DNA of 64,000 nucleotides from an uncultured Acidobacteriota bacterium (lineage in GTDB: Bacteria > Acidobacteriota > Thermoanaerobaculia > Multivoradales > JAHEKO01), in NCBI GenBank assembly GCA_963713825.1, contig CAVQNG010000025.1:640001-704000 (forward strand), in the 5' to 3' direction. Below are positions 10,000-21,200 of the stretch, piece after piece; position 1 is the first letter of the stretch; every line of letters begins with the position of its first letter. The position numbers and the translations under genes are program-made. The notes below the pieces were generated by a model that was not told where the DNA came from, made no database searches, and saw only the letters and a program-made list of their open reading frames with translations.

Positions 10000-10938
10000 A
10001 TGTCTTTGCTGGGCCATGCCTGGACCATGGGCGCCTATCTACGGCGCTGGCTGCGTCCTCAGAGACCACCGCCATCAGAGAGTTGGACCGGTTTCGTCGA
10101 GGATCCCCGCCGCGGCTCCCTCCGACTGACAGGCAGATTGAATCGGGTCGATGGGGCGCCGGGGCTGGTCGTTTTGTTGCACGGCCTGGGAGGCTGTGCC
10201 GATAGCTCCTACCTCGTTCCCGGCGCCGCAGCCTGCGTCGCGGCCGGCCTCTCCTGCTTGCGACTCAACCTGCGGGGTGCAGACCGGCGTGGTGAGGATG
10301 TCTACCATGCAGGTCTGACAGCCGATCTTCGTGCCGCGGTGACGAGTGATGTTGCTCGTGACCACCACCATGTCTGGGTCATCGGTTACTCCATGGGGGG
10401 GCACATCGGATTGCGTCTGGCGGTGGACGTCGAGGACTGTCCGGTCCGGGCGGTCGCCGCTATCTGCCCCCCCGTGGATTTGCTGGCGACGTGCAGGCTC
10501 CTGGATCGTCCTTCTCGGTGGCCCTACAGAATCTATCTTCTGCGACAACTCACCGAGATCTACGCGGAAGTGGCCCGCCGGCACCCGGATGGTCCCTCTG
10601 TGGAGGAGGTGGCAGCAGCCCGCTCCTTCCTGGAGTTCGATGGCCTGGTGGTGGCGCCACGATACGGTTTTCGCGACGCTCTCGACTACTATGAAAAGGC
10701 CAGCGTCGGTCCCTTGCTGCCTCACCTGAGAGTCCCGAGCCTGATTGTCGCTGCTGAAAAGGACCCGATGGTTCCGGCCGAGAGCCTCCGCCATGCCTTC
10801 GAGGCGCCAGCCGAGAATCTGCAGGTATTCTGGAGCCCACAGGGTGGGCATCTCGCCTTTCCTGGTACCGTGGGGCTGCTCGGCGGCAAGAACGGCAGTT
10901 TGGAGGCTCAGGTCGTAGAATGGTTGCAGCGACAGTGA
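10000..10938 (+). CDS. YheT-family alpha/beta hydrolase
   Basis: LLHGLGG, GYSMGG nucleophile elbow, KDPMV, GGH. Confidence 0.82.
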   Translation: MSLLGHAWTMGAYLRRWLRPQRPPPSESWTGFVEDPRRGSLRLTGRLNRVDGAPGLVVLLHGLGGCADSSYLVPGAAACVAAGLSCLRLNLRGADRRGEDVYHAGLTADLRAAVTSDVARDHHHVWVIGYSMGGHIGLRLAVDVEDCPVRAVAAICPPVDLLATCRLLDRPSRWPYRIYLLRQLTEIYAEVARRHPDGPSVEEVAAARSFLEFDGLVVAPRYGFRDALDYYEKASVGPLLPHLRVPSLIVAAEKDPMVPAESLRHAFEAPAENLQVFWSPQGGHLAFPGTVGLLGGKNGSLEAQVVEWLQRQ

Positions 10939-10992
10939 TCCGCCGGGGAAGGCAGCTCCAGTGGTCCAGTTGCGGTATCCTCGGAATTCGAA

Positions 10993-11697
10993 ATGCTATC
11001 TCCCGACTCCCGGTTCCGTTGGTTGGCTCCCAACCTGATCACCGCGGCGAACATCAGCGCCGGCTTCCTCTCCATGTTGGCGGCCTCGGAGGGGCTGTTC
11101 AGGGGAGCCGTCTACCTCCTGATGTTGGCTGTCCTGCTGGACCTGTTCGATGGCAAGGTGGCTCGACGACTGAATGCCACCAGTGAATTCGGTCAGGAAA
11201 TGGACAGCTTCAGCGATGCCGTGAGCTTTTGTGCGGCGCCCGCGTTCTTGGCTCATGCGGCGATCCTGCGCCCCCTCGGACCGACGGGTGTGATCGTAGC
11301 CCTGGCCTACCTCCTGGCCGGTGTCCTGCGTCTCGCACGCTTCAACCTGACGACCGACGCTCACAGCAAGGCTCGGTCGACCACCGGGGTTCCGACGCCG
11401 GTTGGAGCGGGCTATGTCATGGCTCTGGTCCTGATGAGAGATCAGATTCCGGTTGCCGTGGCCGCATTGGTCGTGTTGATTCTGGCGGCACTCATGGTTT
11501 CGCGCCTGCCGCTACCCGAGTTTCGCGGCAAGAGCAGCGTCACGTTGGCGCTGTTGGTGGGGATCTTCAACTACTTTGCAGTGGTGGCCTGGCCCAACTG
11601 GTACACGGTCGGGTGGTGGAACTTCTGGAATGTGGTGATTCTACTGGTTGCCAAGAGCGAAGATCGGCGCTTCCAGGAAGCCAGTTCGACTTCATGA
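10993..11697 (+). CDS. pssA: CDP-diacylglycerol--serine O-phosphatidyltransferase (CDP-alcohol phosphotransferase)
   Basis: [46 protein letters not shown]. Confidence 0.82.
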   Translation: MLSPDSRFRWLAPNLITAANISAGFLSMLAASEGLFRGAVYLLMLAVLLDLFDGKVARRLNATSEFGQEMDSFSDAVSFCAAPAFLAHAAILRPLGPTGVIVALAYLLAGVLRLARFNLTTDAHSKARSTTGVPTPVGAGYVMALVLMRDQIPVAVAALVVLILAALMVSRLPLPEFRGKSSVTLALLVGIFNYFAVVAWPNWYTVGWWNFWNVVILLVAKSEDRRFQEASSTS

Positions 11698-13982
11698 GCG
11701 CCGATGAGGGGCGCGAGAACCGACTCGCTGCCGAGACAAGTCCCTATCTTCAGCTACACAAGACCAACCCCGTAGACTGGTATCCATGGGGTGAGGCGGC
11801 CCTCGCCAGGGCGAAGGCTGAGGATAAACCGATCTTCCTTTCGGTCGGCTACTCGACCTGCTATTGGTGTCACGTGATGGAACGGGAGTCTTTCTCCGAT
11901 CCGGCGATCGCCGAGACGATGAATCGGCATTTCGTGTGCATCAAAGTGGACCGGGAGGAGAGACCCGATATCGACGAGATCTACATGTTGGCGACGCAGA
12001 TCCTGTCGCATCACGGTGGTTGGCCAAACTCCGTCTTTCTGACGTCCGAATTGCAGCCCTTCTTCGCTGGCACCTATTTTCCGCCCCGTGACGTAGCTGG
12101 TCGCCCTGGTTTCGTCACCGTCTTGAACTCCCTGGACGAGGCCTGGAGAAGCCGGCGGCAGGACGTCGAGGAGCAGGCCAGGAGTGTCGCTGACGCGATG
12201 CACCGCTACCTCGCGGATCAGCGGGGAGCCCCTGCAGGGCTGGTGGGCGAGGTTCCCATCGGCCGGGCAGTGAGTGATCTCGAGCACCATTTCGACAGCC
12301 GCTGGGGTGGCTTTGGGGGCGCTCCCAAGTTCCCGACACCGGCCAACCTCATGTTGCTGCAGGAGGTCGCGTCAGGAAACGACTCGGCCGCCCGCATGCT
12401 GTCGAAAACGCTCGACAGCATGGCGCGAGGTGGCATTTTCGACCAACTGGCCGGCGGCTTCCATCGATACTCGACCGATGCGGAGTGGAAGGTGCCCCAT
12501 TTCGAGAAGATGCTTTACGACAACGGTCTTCTCCTAGAGGTCTACGCCAGGGAGTGGGCTCGCACGGCGGATCCTGAAGCGGCCCGAATCGTGCGACAAA
12601 CGGCACGATACCTCGCCTCCGAGATGACCTCTCCCGACGGAGCGTTCTGGAGCGCGGTCGATGCCGAGACCGAGGGTCGTGAAGGTGCCTACTATGTTTG
12701 GCAACGCGAGGAGCTGCGGGAAGCTCTCGGTCGCGAGGACTTCGGCTTCCTGGCTTCGTTGCTCGGGTTCGACGGACCACCTTTCTTCGAAGCGGATCGG
12801 TACGTACTCCATCTCCCAGAAGAAGTCGAAGATCAAGCGCGGCGGAGGCGAATGGATCGCGAGGAGCTGTGGGCACAAATCCGACCCCTGGCGGCGCGGC
12901 TGCTGGAGGTCCGTCGTCGACGCCAGCGACCGGCGATCGACGACAAGATCCTGACCGACTGGAACGGGCTGGCGATCGCGGGATTGGCGACGGCCGGCCG
13001 CCTGCTGCCTGACGGGGCAATGACGAAACAGGCTGTGGCCGCGGCCGAATTCGTGCTGGCCACAATGTGTCCTGAGGGCGGTCCCCTGAAGCACACCTGG
13101 CGCACGGGTACCGCGCGGGTCGATGCCTTTCTCGCCGATTACGCCTTCCTGATCTGGGGGCTGTTGGATCTTCATGAGACAACGGGTGAGAGTCGCTGGT
13201 TGGCGCAGGCCCTGCGTTTGGCCGAGGAGCAGGAGGTGCGCCTGGGCGACCCCGAGGGGGGCTATTTCGTAGCCGCCGCGAGTGAGGAGCTGCCATTTCG
13301 CAGCAAGGAGATCTTCGACGGAGCCTTGCCGAGCGGCAATGGGATCGCTGCCCAGAATCTCTTGCGGCTCGGAGTAGCCACCGGTGAGGCTCGCTGGTTG
13401 GAAAGGGCCCAGAAGTTGATCGGCACTTTCTCCTCCCTACTCGAGCAGCGGCCGGAAGCTGTCAAGACACTGTTGGTGGCCGCGCATCGTGCTCAGAAGG
13501 GGAAACGTCGATTTGCGGCGGCCGACGTCTCGGGAGAGAGGGCTGATACGCCCGAGGGTTCGTTCGATTTGGACGAAGAGTCGCGTCAGAAGATCTCGGC
13601 CGCCCTGTCGATCGGCGAGCCCGATGAGGCAGGGTGGCGACCGTTTCGATTGGCGCTCGAGATCGAGACCGGATGGCATATCAATGCACCAGGCGGCGAC
13701 GAGACCAGTCGCCCGGTCAGCCTGCAGGGTGAGGCGGTCGAGATTCGAGACCTCGGTTGGCCCGAGGCTGATTGGATGCGCCTCAGTGGGTCTTTCGAGG
13801 CGATTCGCGTCTACGAGGGCGTGATCCAGATCTTCGGACAGCTACGAAGTGATTCCGAGGTCCCGGCACGACTGTGGCTCGATGCCCAGCCCTGTGATGC
13901 GACGCGATGCTTGCCGTTGGCCCGCATCGAGCTGCCGCTGGCAGCGGCAGCCGAGCTGGCGACGGAATCGGGTGATGGATAG
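11694..13982 (+). CDS. YyaL/SSP411 (DUF255) thioredoxin-domain protein with C-terminal DsbD-N-like domain
   Basis: [36 protein letters not shown]; C-terminal [10 protein letters not shown]. Start ATG 11694 overlaps the pssA stop. Confidence 0.85.
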   Translation: MSADEGRENRLAAETSPYLQLHKTNPVDWYPWGEAALARAKAEDKPIFLSVGYSTCYWCHVMERESFSDPAIAETMNRHFVCIKVDREERPDIDEIYMLATQILSHHGGWPNSVFLTSELQPFFAGTYFPPRDVAGRPGFVTVLNSLDEAWRSRRQDVEEQARSVADAMHRYLADQRGAPAGLVGEVPIGRAVSDLEHHFDSRWGGFGGAPKFPTPANLMLLQEVASGNDSAARMLSKTLDSMARGGIFDQLAGGFHRYSTDAEWKVPHFEKMLYDNGLLLEVYAREWARTADPEAARIVRQTARYLASEMTSPDGAFWSAVDAETEGREGAYYVWQREELREALGREDFGFLASLLGFDGPPFFEADRYVLHLPEEVEDQARRRRMDREELWAQIRPLAARLLEVRRRRQRPAIDDKILTDWNGLAIAGLATAGRLLPDGAMTKQAVAAAEFVLATMCPEGGPLKHTWRTGTARVDAFLADYAFLIWGLLDLHETTGESRWLAQALRLAEEQEVRLGDPEGGYFVAAASEELPFRSKEIFDGALPSGNGIAAQNLLRLGVATGEARWLERAQKLIGTFSSLLEQRPEAVKTLLVAAHRAQKGKRRFAAADVSGERADTPEGSFDLDEESRQKISAALSIGEPDEAGWRPFRLALEIETGWHINAPGGDETSRPVSLQGEAVEIRDLGWPEADWMRLSGSFEAIRVYEGVIQIFGQLRSDSEVPARLWLDAQPCDATRCLPLARIELPLAAAAELATESGDG

Positions 13983-14004
13983 GCCACGCCACGCACAGAT
14001 CCCA

Positions 14005-14033
14005 TTGAGAGAGCTTCAGGAGCGGGCTATACT
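14005..14033 (+). promoter_or_regulatory. Putative sigma70 promoter for nfeD-stomatin
   Basis: TTGAGA-N17-TATACT ending 11 nt before ATG 14045. Confidence 0.45.
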
Positions 14034-14044
14034 GAATCACTGAG

Positions 14045-15412
14045 ATGAGATCCACACTGTCTACGCGTCCTTTGTCCGCTTTCAGACTGGCAGCCGCTCT
14101 CGGGCTGCTTCTCGTTGGAGCGCTGTTGTTCGCTGCGGAACCGGAGCCGGCTCCCGAGGCGGAGCGGGTTGTGGTGCTGGTCAGCGTGGACTCCATCATC
14201 CATCCCGTTGCCGAGACTTTCATTGTCGAATCTCTGGCTCAGGCGGACGACCTCGGCGCCGAGGCTTTCGTGATCGAGCTATCGACTCCTGGCGGTCTGC
14301 TCACCTCCACGCGGGAAATCTTCACAGCCATGCTCGAGGCGGAGACTCCGGTGGTCGTTTTCGTTTCTCCACGGGGCTCGCAGGCGGCCTCTGCCGGCTT
14401 CTTCCTCCTCATGGCGGCCGATGTGGCGGCCATGTCGCCAGGTACGAATACCGGAGCCGCTCACCCTGTGGGCGGCCAGGGCGAGGAGATCGAGGGCCCC
14501 ATGGGCGAGAAGGTGGAGAAGGATGCTGCCGCCACGATCCGCTCGTTGGCCACCCGCAGTGGTCGCAATGCTGAGCTGGCGGAGGAGGCGGTGCTGGAAA
14601 GCCGGTCATTCACCGCCGATGAGGCGCTGGACTCCGGGTTGGTCGACATCCTGGCGGCCAACATCCCAGAGCTTCTGGAAGCGCTGGATGGCATAGAAGT
14701 GAGTCGAGAGGGACGGGACACCGTCGTGCTCCAGACAGTGGGCGCCAGGATCGAGACCCTGGAGATGTCCGGTTTCCAGAAGTTTCTCTCGACCATCGCT
14801 CACCCCAATATCGCCTATATCTTGCTGACCCTGGGCGGTCTGGGCCTCTACTTCGAGCTGTCGAATCCTGGCGCGGTCCTGCCCGGCGTGGTGGGTGGAA
14901 TCTGCCTGATTCTGGCGTTCTTCGCCCTTTCGGTCCTGCCCGTCAACTATGCGGGGATCGCCTTGATCATCTTGGCGATGATCTTCTTTATCGCCGAGGT
15001 CAAGGTCACCAGCTATGGACTGCTGACCGTGGCTGGCGTGATAGCACTGGTTCTCGGCTCTCTGATGCTCTTCAAGAGTGCGGATCCGGCGATTCGGGTG
15101 AGCTTGGAGTTGATCGTGTCGATGGCCATTTTCACTCTGGTCGTAGTGACGTTCCTGGTGTCGATGGTCGTGCGCGCTCATCGTGTCCAGGTGGCAACCG
15201 GTGCGGAGGGTCTGCTTCACAAGCATGGGGTGGCGCGGACTCGGGTCGCCGGACGAGGAAAAGTCTTCGTGCACGGCGAGATCTGGGACGCGGCAGCCGA
15301 CGAAGAGATTCCCGCTGGGTCTCCAATCGAGGTAGTCTCTGTCGACGGTCTGAGGTTGCGCGTGCGAGCCGAGACCAGACAAGAACTGCAAAGCAACGGG
15401 GAGATAACATGA
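14045..15412 (+). CDS. nfeD: NfeD (long form, ClpP-like protease + TM + OB fold)
   Basis: [31 protein letters not shown]; coupled to stomatin. Confidence 0.9.
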   Translation: MRSTLSTRPLSAFRLAAALGLLLVGALLFAAEPEPAPEAERVVVLVSVDSIIHPVAETFIVESLAQADDLGAEAFVIELSTPGGLLTSTREIFTAMLEAETPVVVFVSPRGSQAASAGFFLLMAADVAAMSPGTNTGAAHPVGGQGEEIEGPMGEKVEKDAAATIRSLATRSGRNAELAEEAVLESRSFTADEALDSGLVDILAANIPELLEALDGIEVSREGRDTVVLQTVGARIETLEMSGFQKFLSTIAHPNIAYILLTLGGLGLYFELSNPGAVLPGVVGGICLILAFFALSVLPVNYAGIALIILAMIFFIAEVKVTSYGLLTVAGVIALVLGSLMLFKSADPAIRVSLELIVSMAIFTLVVVTFLVSMVVRAHRVQVATGAEGLLHKHGVARTRVAGRGKVFVHGEIWDAAADEEIPAGSPIEVVSVDGLRLRVRAETRQELQSNGEIT

Positions 15413-16164
15413 CGCTCTACGGTCTGATTTTTGTGGTCTTCTTGGGAATTGTCTTCCTGAGCCGCTGGGTCAACATCCTCAACGAGTACGAGCGGGCCGT
15501 CATCTTTCGGCTCGGTCGCCTCCTACCCGAGACGAAGGGTCCCGGTCTGGTCTTGATCTTCTGGCCCATCGACAAGATGGTGAAGATCTCTTTGAGGACC
15601 GTGGTTCACGATGTGCCCTCACAGGACGTCATCACCAAGGACAACGTTTCGGTGAAGGTCAACGCGGTGGTCTACTTCCGGGTCATGGATCCGACCAAGG
15701 CCGTGGTCGAAGTGGAGAACTACTTGTTCGCGACCAGCCAGATGGCGCAGACGACCTTGCGCTCGGTCCTGGGGCAGGCTGAGCTGGACGAGCTGCTCTC
15801 CGAGCGTGAGAAGCTGAACGAAGAGCTGCAGACGATCATCGACGCCCACACCGATCCGTGGGGTGTCAAGGTCTCGTCAGTCGAGGTCAAACACGTCGAT
15901 CTGCCGCAGGAGATGCAACGTGCCATGGCCAAGCAGGCCGAGGCCGAGCGCGAGAAGCGGGCCAAGATCATCCACGCCGAGGGAGAGATGCAGGCTTCTC
16001 ACCGCCTGGCTGAGGCTGCAAATATCATCAGTCAGAATCCCACGACGTTGCAGCTGCGCTACCTCCAGACGCTGACCGAGATCGCTGCCGAGCAGAACTC
16101 GACGATTCTGTTCCCGATTCCTATCGATCTCGTCAAAGCCTTCATGCCGCAGTCCGACAACTAA
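15409..16164 (+). CDS. Stomatin/slipin (SPFH/Band 7) protein
   Basis: [50 protein letters not shown]. Confidence 0.93.
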   Translation: MTLYGLIFVVFLGIVFLSRWVNILNEYERAVIFRLGRLLPETKGPGLVLIFWPIDKMVKISLRTVVHDVPSQDVITKDNVSVKVNAVVYFRVMDPTKAVVEVENYLFATSQMAQTTLRSVLGQAELDELLSEREKLNEELQTIIDAHTDPWGVKVSSVEVKHVDLPQEMQRAMAKQAEAEREKRAKIIHAEGEMQASHRLAEAANIISQNPTTLQLRYLQTLTEIAAEQNSTILFPIPIDLVKAFMPQSDN

Positions 16165-16190
16165 CCATCTCTGGTGGAGTCGATTGAGCC

Positions 16191-16874
16191 TTGAGTCAGT
16201 CCAACGAACCCAGCTACTACGAGATCGCCCTCACCAACCGACAGGTTCTGATGGTGTTCGTGGTGCTGCTTGTCTGCGTTGTGATCGCCTTCATCTCGGG
16301 CGTCTGGGTGGGCCGAGGCAACGACTCGGCACTGCCGACAGTAGGCCTTGCCGAGGTCGAATCGACCGACGCGGAGACCGGGGCCCCAGAAGTCGGCGAG
16401 CTGAATTTCTTTGCCGAGAAGTCCGAAGTCGATCGAGGCAGTGGGACGCTTGCCCAGGCCGCCGAGACGCCGAGCACCGGGACGACGCTGCTGGAGGATG
16501 TCAGCAAAGACAAGACCTCACGAGAGGCGGTGCCTGAGTCGACTACGCCACCGCCAGCCGCTGTCGAGCAAGCCCGTTCAGAACCGACTCCCGAGCCGGT
16601 CGCGTCTGCAGCCACGCAACCGGAGAGTGCAGCCCCCGCTGGGCAGGGCGAGCACGTCATCCAGGTCTTCTCGTCGACCGATCAGCAGCAGGCAAAGCAA
16701 CTGATCCAGACACTGACCAGTGGTGGGTATCCTGCTTTTCTGTCCCCTGTCGATGTCCGGGGTCAGACCATGTACCGGGTACGAATTGGTCCCTACGTCG
16801 ATCCGGAGGAAGCGGAAACCGTGGCTGAACGGGTCCGCAAGTCCTACCGACTCGACACCTGGGTAACGCGCTAG
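16191..16874 (+). CDS. SPOR domain-containing cell division/envelope protein
   Basis: N-terminal TM, disordered linker, C-terminal IQVFSS...YRVRIGPY SPOR motif. Confidence 0.82.
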   Translation: MSQSNEPSYYEIALTNRQVLMVFVVLLVCVVIAFISGVWVGRGNDSALPTVGLAEVESTDAETGAPEVGELNFFAEKSEVDRGSGTLAQAAETPSTGTTLLEDVSKDKTSREAVPESTTPPPAAVEQARSEPTPEPVASAATQPESAAPAGQGEHVIQVFSSTDQQQAKQLIQTLTSGGYPAFLSPVDVRGQTMYRVRIGPYVDPEEAETVAERVRKSYRLDTWVTR

Positions 16875-16924
16875 AGTCTGGTGTCGGCTGGCGATCCCAG
16901 GAGGAGAAAGCCTGATCCCAGGCT

Positions 16925-18445
16925 GTGCTGTTCTCAAATCTTCGCCCGAAGCCACTCTTGAGGCGTCTCTTCGTTCATGAGCTCGTGCCCGCGCTCCTGG
17001 CCTTGGTCAGCGGCGCTATCTGGGCATTCTGTTTCGCCCGCCAGCCGCTGAACGCGGTCAGTTGGGTTGCGCTTGTTCCCCTGTTGCTTCTGTTGGGCCA
17101 CCGGCGAGCCTGGTGGCTCGGGTTTCTGCACGGTCTGGCCTTCTGGTTGGTCTCGATTCCCTGGATCGCTCCAACGCTCGAGGTCTACGGCCAGCTCCCA
17201 CCCTGGATGGCTCGCTTGGCGCTCGTCGCGGCTTGCGGCTACCTGGGCTCCTATTCCGCTCTGTTTGCCTGGCTGGCCGCACCCGTTTGGAAGCGAAGGG
17301 GAGTGCTGGCCCTGGTCGGCCCTCCGACCCTGTGGATTGCCGTGGAATGGCTCCGAACCTATCTACTGGGTGGATTCCCATGGAACCTGGCTGCCTACGC
17401 ATGGGTCGATCTTCCAGGGGCTCTGCCCCTGGCGGCCTGGATTGGCTGCTACGGGGTCTCGCTGCTTCTGCTTCTGGCCAACAGCGGCGTAGCGCGAGGT
17501 GTTGCCGACCGTCGGTGGCAGCCTGTTGCCGTCACCCTGGGCCCGATCGTGCTCTTGCTGGTGTTGGGAGCTTGGAGCCCCGCTTGGACGGTGAGGGACA
17601 GCGGCGTCGATGGCGACCCTGTCAGGGTCGTACAGCCGAATATCCAGAATCTTGTTGAGTGGGATCGAGATCTGGTGGAGTCCAACTATCGCCAGCTTCT
17701 CGAGCTCTCGGGGCGGGCCTGCGACGCGCCAGGGGCCCTGCTGGTCTGGCCTGAGAGTGCGACCTGGCCCTACTCCTACGGTCGTGACGCCGGCCTGAGG
17801 TCGGATGTGCACAGATTGGCGCAGTCGGGTTGTTCGGTCCTTCTCAACACGGTCTTGGAGTCAGAGGAAGGCGACACGAACTCGGCACTTCTGGTTTCGA
17901 CAACAGGAGAACCAACGCGCTACGACAAGAGGCACCTGGTGCCGTTCGGCGAGTTCGTTCCCATGGCCGGTTGGCTGCCCTTCCTGGACAAACTGGCCAG
18001 GAACGCCGGCGATTTCGCGACCGGCCACGGCCCAGCCCTCCTGAGATGGGGCGAGCAGGAGATCGGCGCCGCGATCTGCTTCGAGATCGTCTACCCGGCT
18101 CCCCTGGCAGAACAGGTCAGGCACGGTGCGACCGTCCTTGTGACCATTACCAACGATGCCTGGTACGGTGATAGCTCGGCACCGTGGCAGCACTTTCGCG
18201 CCGCTCGATTCCGGGCGGCAGAGAATCGACGTACGGTTCTGCGCGCGGCGATCACCGGTGTTTCCGCGATCATCGGTCCCGACGGCTCTGTACAGCAGTT
18301 CCTGGGAGTCGGCGAGCAGGGAGTTCTCGAAGCCCAGGTTGCAGGTCGCCGCGACCTGACGGTCTTTACCCGAGCCCCGTGGCTCGTGCCTTTGCTCTGC
18401 TGCTTTGTGGGTGGCTTTGCTATATTCGTCGGCCGCAGGAGATAA
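16925..18445 (+). CDS. lnt: Apolipoprotein N-acyltransferase
   Basis: GGFPW, VQPNI, VWPE, YDKRHLVPFGE, ICFE, TNDAWYG (nitrilase E-K-C triad); exact start uncertain. Confidence 0.92.
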   Translation: MLFSNLRPKPLLRRLFVHELVPALLALVSGAIWAFCFARQPLNAVSWVALVPLLLLLGHRRAWWLGFLHGLAFWLVSIPWIAPTLEVYGQLPPWMARLALVAACGYLGSYSALFAWLAAPVWKRRGVLALVGPPTLWIAVEWLRTYLLGGFPWNLAAYAWVDLPGALPLAAWIGCYGVSLLLLLANSGVARGVADRRWQPVAVTLGPIVLLLVLGAWSPAWTVRDSGVDGDPVRVVQPNIQNLVEWDRDLVESNYRQLLELSGRACDAPGALLVWPESATWPYSYGRDAGLRSDVHRLAQSGCSVLLNTVLESEEGDTNSALLVSTTGEPTRYDKRHLVPFGEFVPMAGWLPFLDKLARNAGDFATGHGPALLRWGEQEIGAAICFEIVYPAPLAEQVRHGATVLVTITNDAWYGDSSAPWQHFRAARFRAAENRRTVLRAAITGVSAIIGPDGSVQQFLGVGEQGVLEAQVAGRRDLTVFTRAPWLVPLLCCFVGGFAIFVGRRR

Positions 18446-18452
18446 GACGATC

Positions 18453-19578
18453 ATGACTTCACCAGAGATCCAACAGCACCTCGAACGACTCGAGTCCCGC
18501 CTCTTGACCCTTCGGGGGTATCTTTGAGGGCACCGACCTCGAAGGACAGATCCAGACAATCGACAAGAAGATGGAGGCGCCCGGCTTCTGGGACGACCGG
18601 GTTGGCGCTGCCCCTCTGCTGCAGAAGCGTCGCAGCCTCGAGAAGCGGCTGGCGACCCTGAATCGACTGCGTGAGGACGCTGAAGAGCTGGCCGCTTGGC
18701 AGGAGCTCCTGGCAGAAGGGGAAGGCGACGACGAGGTCGATCAATTCCTCGCACGTCTCGAGCTCGAGCTGCATCAGCTCGAGTTGCAGCTCAAGCTCTC
18801 GGGATCGGACGACGACAAGAGCGCCCTGGTCGCGGTTCATCCCGGCGCTGGGGGTACCGAATCGCAGGACTGGGCCGAGATGCTCCTGCGGATGTACCTC
18901 CGTTGGGCCGAGCAGAACAACTTCGAGACCGAGCTCCTCGACCGCCTCGAAGGGGATGAGGCGGGAATCAAGAGCGCGACCTTTGCGGTACGCGGGGACT
19001 ACGCATACGGCTACTTGCACGGCGAGTCCGGTGTTCATCGGCTGGTGAGAATCAGTCCCTTCGACGCCGCGAGCCGCCGGCACACATCCTTCGCTTCGGT
19101 GTTCGTCTACCCGGAAGTCGATGACGACGTCGAGATCGAGATCAACGACGGCGACTTGCGGGTCGACACCTATCGTGCTTCCGGGGCTGGTGGTCAGCAT
19201 GTCAACAAGACCGAGTCGGCCGTGCGGATCACCCACCTGCCATCTGGCATTGCGGTGGCGTGCCAGAACGAGCGCAGCCAGCACAAGAACCGTGCTACCG
19301 CCATGAAGATCCTGCGATCGCGTCTCTATGATCTCGAGATCAGCAAGCGTGAGGCAGAAGCGGCGATCACAGAAGGACAGAAGATGGAGATCGCCTGGGG
19401 CAGCCAGATCCGAAGCTACGTCCTGCACCCCTACCGCATGGTCAAGGATCATCGCACCAACATCGAGGTGGGAGATGCCGATCGGGTGCTGGACGGGGGC
19501 GTCGATCCTTTCATCGAGTCCTGGTTGGATCAGCAGATGGGCGATCGCGGCCAGAGCGACAAGAAGCCTGCAGATTGA
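18453..19578 (+). CDS. prfB: Peptide chain release factor 2, expressed by programmed +1 frameshift
   Basis: ATG 18453 gives MTSPEIQQHLERLESRLLTLRGYL then CTT-TGA (18522-18527). The +1 frame continues EGTDLEGQIQ... into the ORF with the SPF recognition and GGQ motifs. Confidence 0.95.
18513..18528 (+). other. prfB +1 frameshift cassette (internal SD-like GGGGG, CTT TGA G)
   Basis: CGGGGG-TAT-CTT-TGA-G versus the canonical AGGGGG-TAT-CTT-TGA-C. Confidence 0.9.
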
Positions 19579-19604
19579 GGTCTCTGCCTCCTCCAGGTTC
19601 TGCC

Positions 19605-21197
19605 ATGGCGAATCAGCTTGCCATCGACTACGTCTCGCCGCTGCCACCCGTGCGCTCGGGGATAGCGGACTACAGCCTGGACCTGTTGCCGAATCTGGAG
19701 AAGCTGTGCGATTTGCGCGTGATTCGACTCCCGGATCAGCCAGTCGATGCAGCCGTGATCGAACGCTGGGACCCGCAACCGGCGGAGCTCACCGGCCAGG
19801 CTGGCCGGTTGCCGCTCTACCAGATGGGCAACAACCGATATCACGAAGGGGTCGAAGCTCTGGCCCTCGAGCGGCCAGGAGTGCTGACCCTGCACGACCT
19901 GGTTCTGCATCATCTGGCCGTGGAGCTGACTCTGGCGGAGGGCGTTCTCGAGCCCTATCTCGAGCGACTGGCGGCCGACCACGGTTGGGTAGGCGAGGCC
20001 GTGGGGCAAGCCAGGAAGTGGTGGGAGATAGGACAAGCAGCACTGTTCACCTTGCATGCCCATCGAACCCTACTGCGGTCGCAACGTGGAGTCCTCGTCC
20101 ACAGTGAGTGGGCCGTCGAGACGCTTGGCGAGAACGATCCAGAGCTGCAGGTACGCAAGGTGCCCATGGGCGTGCCTCTACCGGACCGCCCGGATCCCCA
20201 GGCGGGTCTCGAGTTCCGGCGGCGACTCGGGCTGGAAGAGGGAACTCCTCTCCTGGGCTCTTTCGGATTCCAGACACCGATCAAGCGCACGGAACGCGTC
20301 ATCGCCGCTCTGGCCAGTGAGGAGTTGGCGGCGGCGCACTTGGTTATCGCTGGAGAGGTTTCACCGGCACTCGATCTGGAGGCAGAGGCTCGTCGACTTG
20401 GCGTCGCCGACCGGATTCACATCACCGGGTTTCTCGACTACCAAGAGTTCGAGGCGGCGATCAGTGCCTGCGATCTGTGTGTCAACCTGCGATATCCGAC
20501 CGCCGGGGAGACTTCAGCGTCGCTGCTGCGGGTCCTGGCAGTGGGTCGAGCCGTTGTCGTTTCCGACTACGCTCAATCGGCCGAGCTGCCCGACGAAGTT
20601 GTCATCAAGGTTCCCCTGGGTGAGGCCGAAGTAGAATCTCTCGCCTCTCGTCTCGGTGAGCTGCTCGAGGATCGGAGCCGGCTGCGAGCCATGGCTGAGG
20701 CGGCTCGCCAGTACATGCGGTCGAATCACGATCCAGCCAGGGCCGCCGCGGCCGTGGTGGAGGCGTGCCAAGAGATGATCTCTTTGAGTCCTCCGGGGCC
20801 TGGCAGGCCAGAATTGGAGCCGCCAACGACTCGCTTCTGGTACCAGGTCGATGGCGAGATCGAAGTCGAGGGTGCTGAAGAGCCCTGGCCAGAGGGCGAG
20901 CGTCGCCGTCTCCGTGTCGAGCTTCGGAACACCGGCCTGGCGCGGTGGCTACCCAGTAGAGAGGAGACGGGGGGGCTGGTACTGCAGACCCACTGGCGCC
21001 GAGGGGCGGCACAGGAGCCTATGGATTCACACTGGTTTCGAGTCCCCCGACCCGTCGCTCCCGGCGAATCGACGATTCTCGATGCCGAGGTGAGGCGCCC
21101 CCTTGGCGGCCGGTTGCTGATCGTGGAGCCGCATTTGGCGGAGATTGCGGGGTTCCGCTCACTCGGGGGCCCCTGGTGGTACCGGATTTTTAGCTAG
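19605..21197 (+). CDS. GT4-family glycosyltransferase with C-terminal Ig-like domain
   Basis: SPLPPVRSGIADYS, YQMGNN, LHDLVLHH, NLRYPTAGETSASLLR; C-terminal VELRNTG..W beta-sandwich. Confidence 0.82.
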   Translation: MANQLAIDYVSPLPPVRSGIADYSLDLLPNLEKLCDLRVIRLPDQPVDAAVIERWDPQPAELTGQAGRLPLYQMGNNRYHEGVEALALERPGVLTLHDLVLHHLAVELTLAEGVLEPYLERLAADHGWVGEAVGQARKWWEIGQAALFTLHAHRTLLRSQRGVLVHSEWAVETLGENDPELQVRKVPMGVPLPDRPDPQAGLEFRRRLGLEEGTPLLGSFGFQTPIKRTERVIAALASEELAAAHLVIAGEVSPALDLEAEARRLGVADRIHITGFLDYQEFEAAISACDLCVNLRYPTAGETSASLLRVLAVGRAVVVSDYAQSAELPDEVVIKVPLGEAEVESLASRLGELLEDRSRLRAMAEAARQYMRSNHDPARAAAAVVEACQEMISLSPPGPGRPELEPPTTRFWYQVDGEIEVEGAEEPWPEGERRRLRVELRNTGLARWLPSREETGGLVLQTHWRRGAAQEPMDSHWFRVPRPVAPGESTILDAEVRRPLGGRLLIVEPHLAEIAGFRSLGGPWWYRIFS

Positions 21198-21200
21198 GCC

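Noticed and set aside
11229-11693. N-terminal extensions in the ORF track (YyaL; also cysteine synthase-like, recN, PDZ protein, M28 peptidase, lipB)
   Set aside because: The extensions overlap neighbouring genes or precede better RBS/start pairs; family homology begins at the downstream starts used above.
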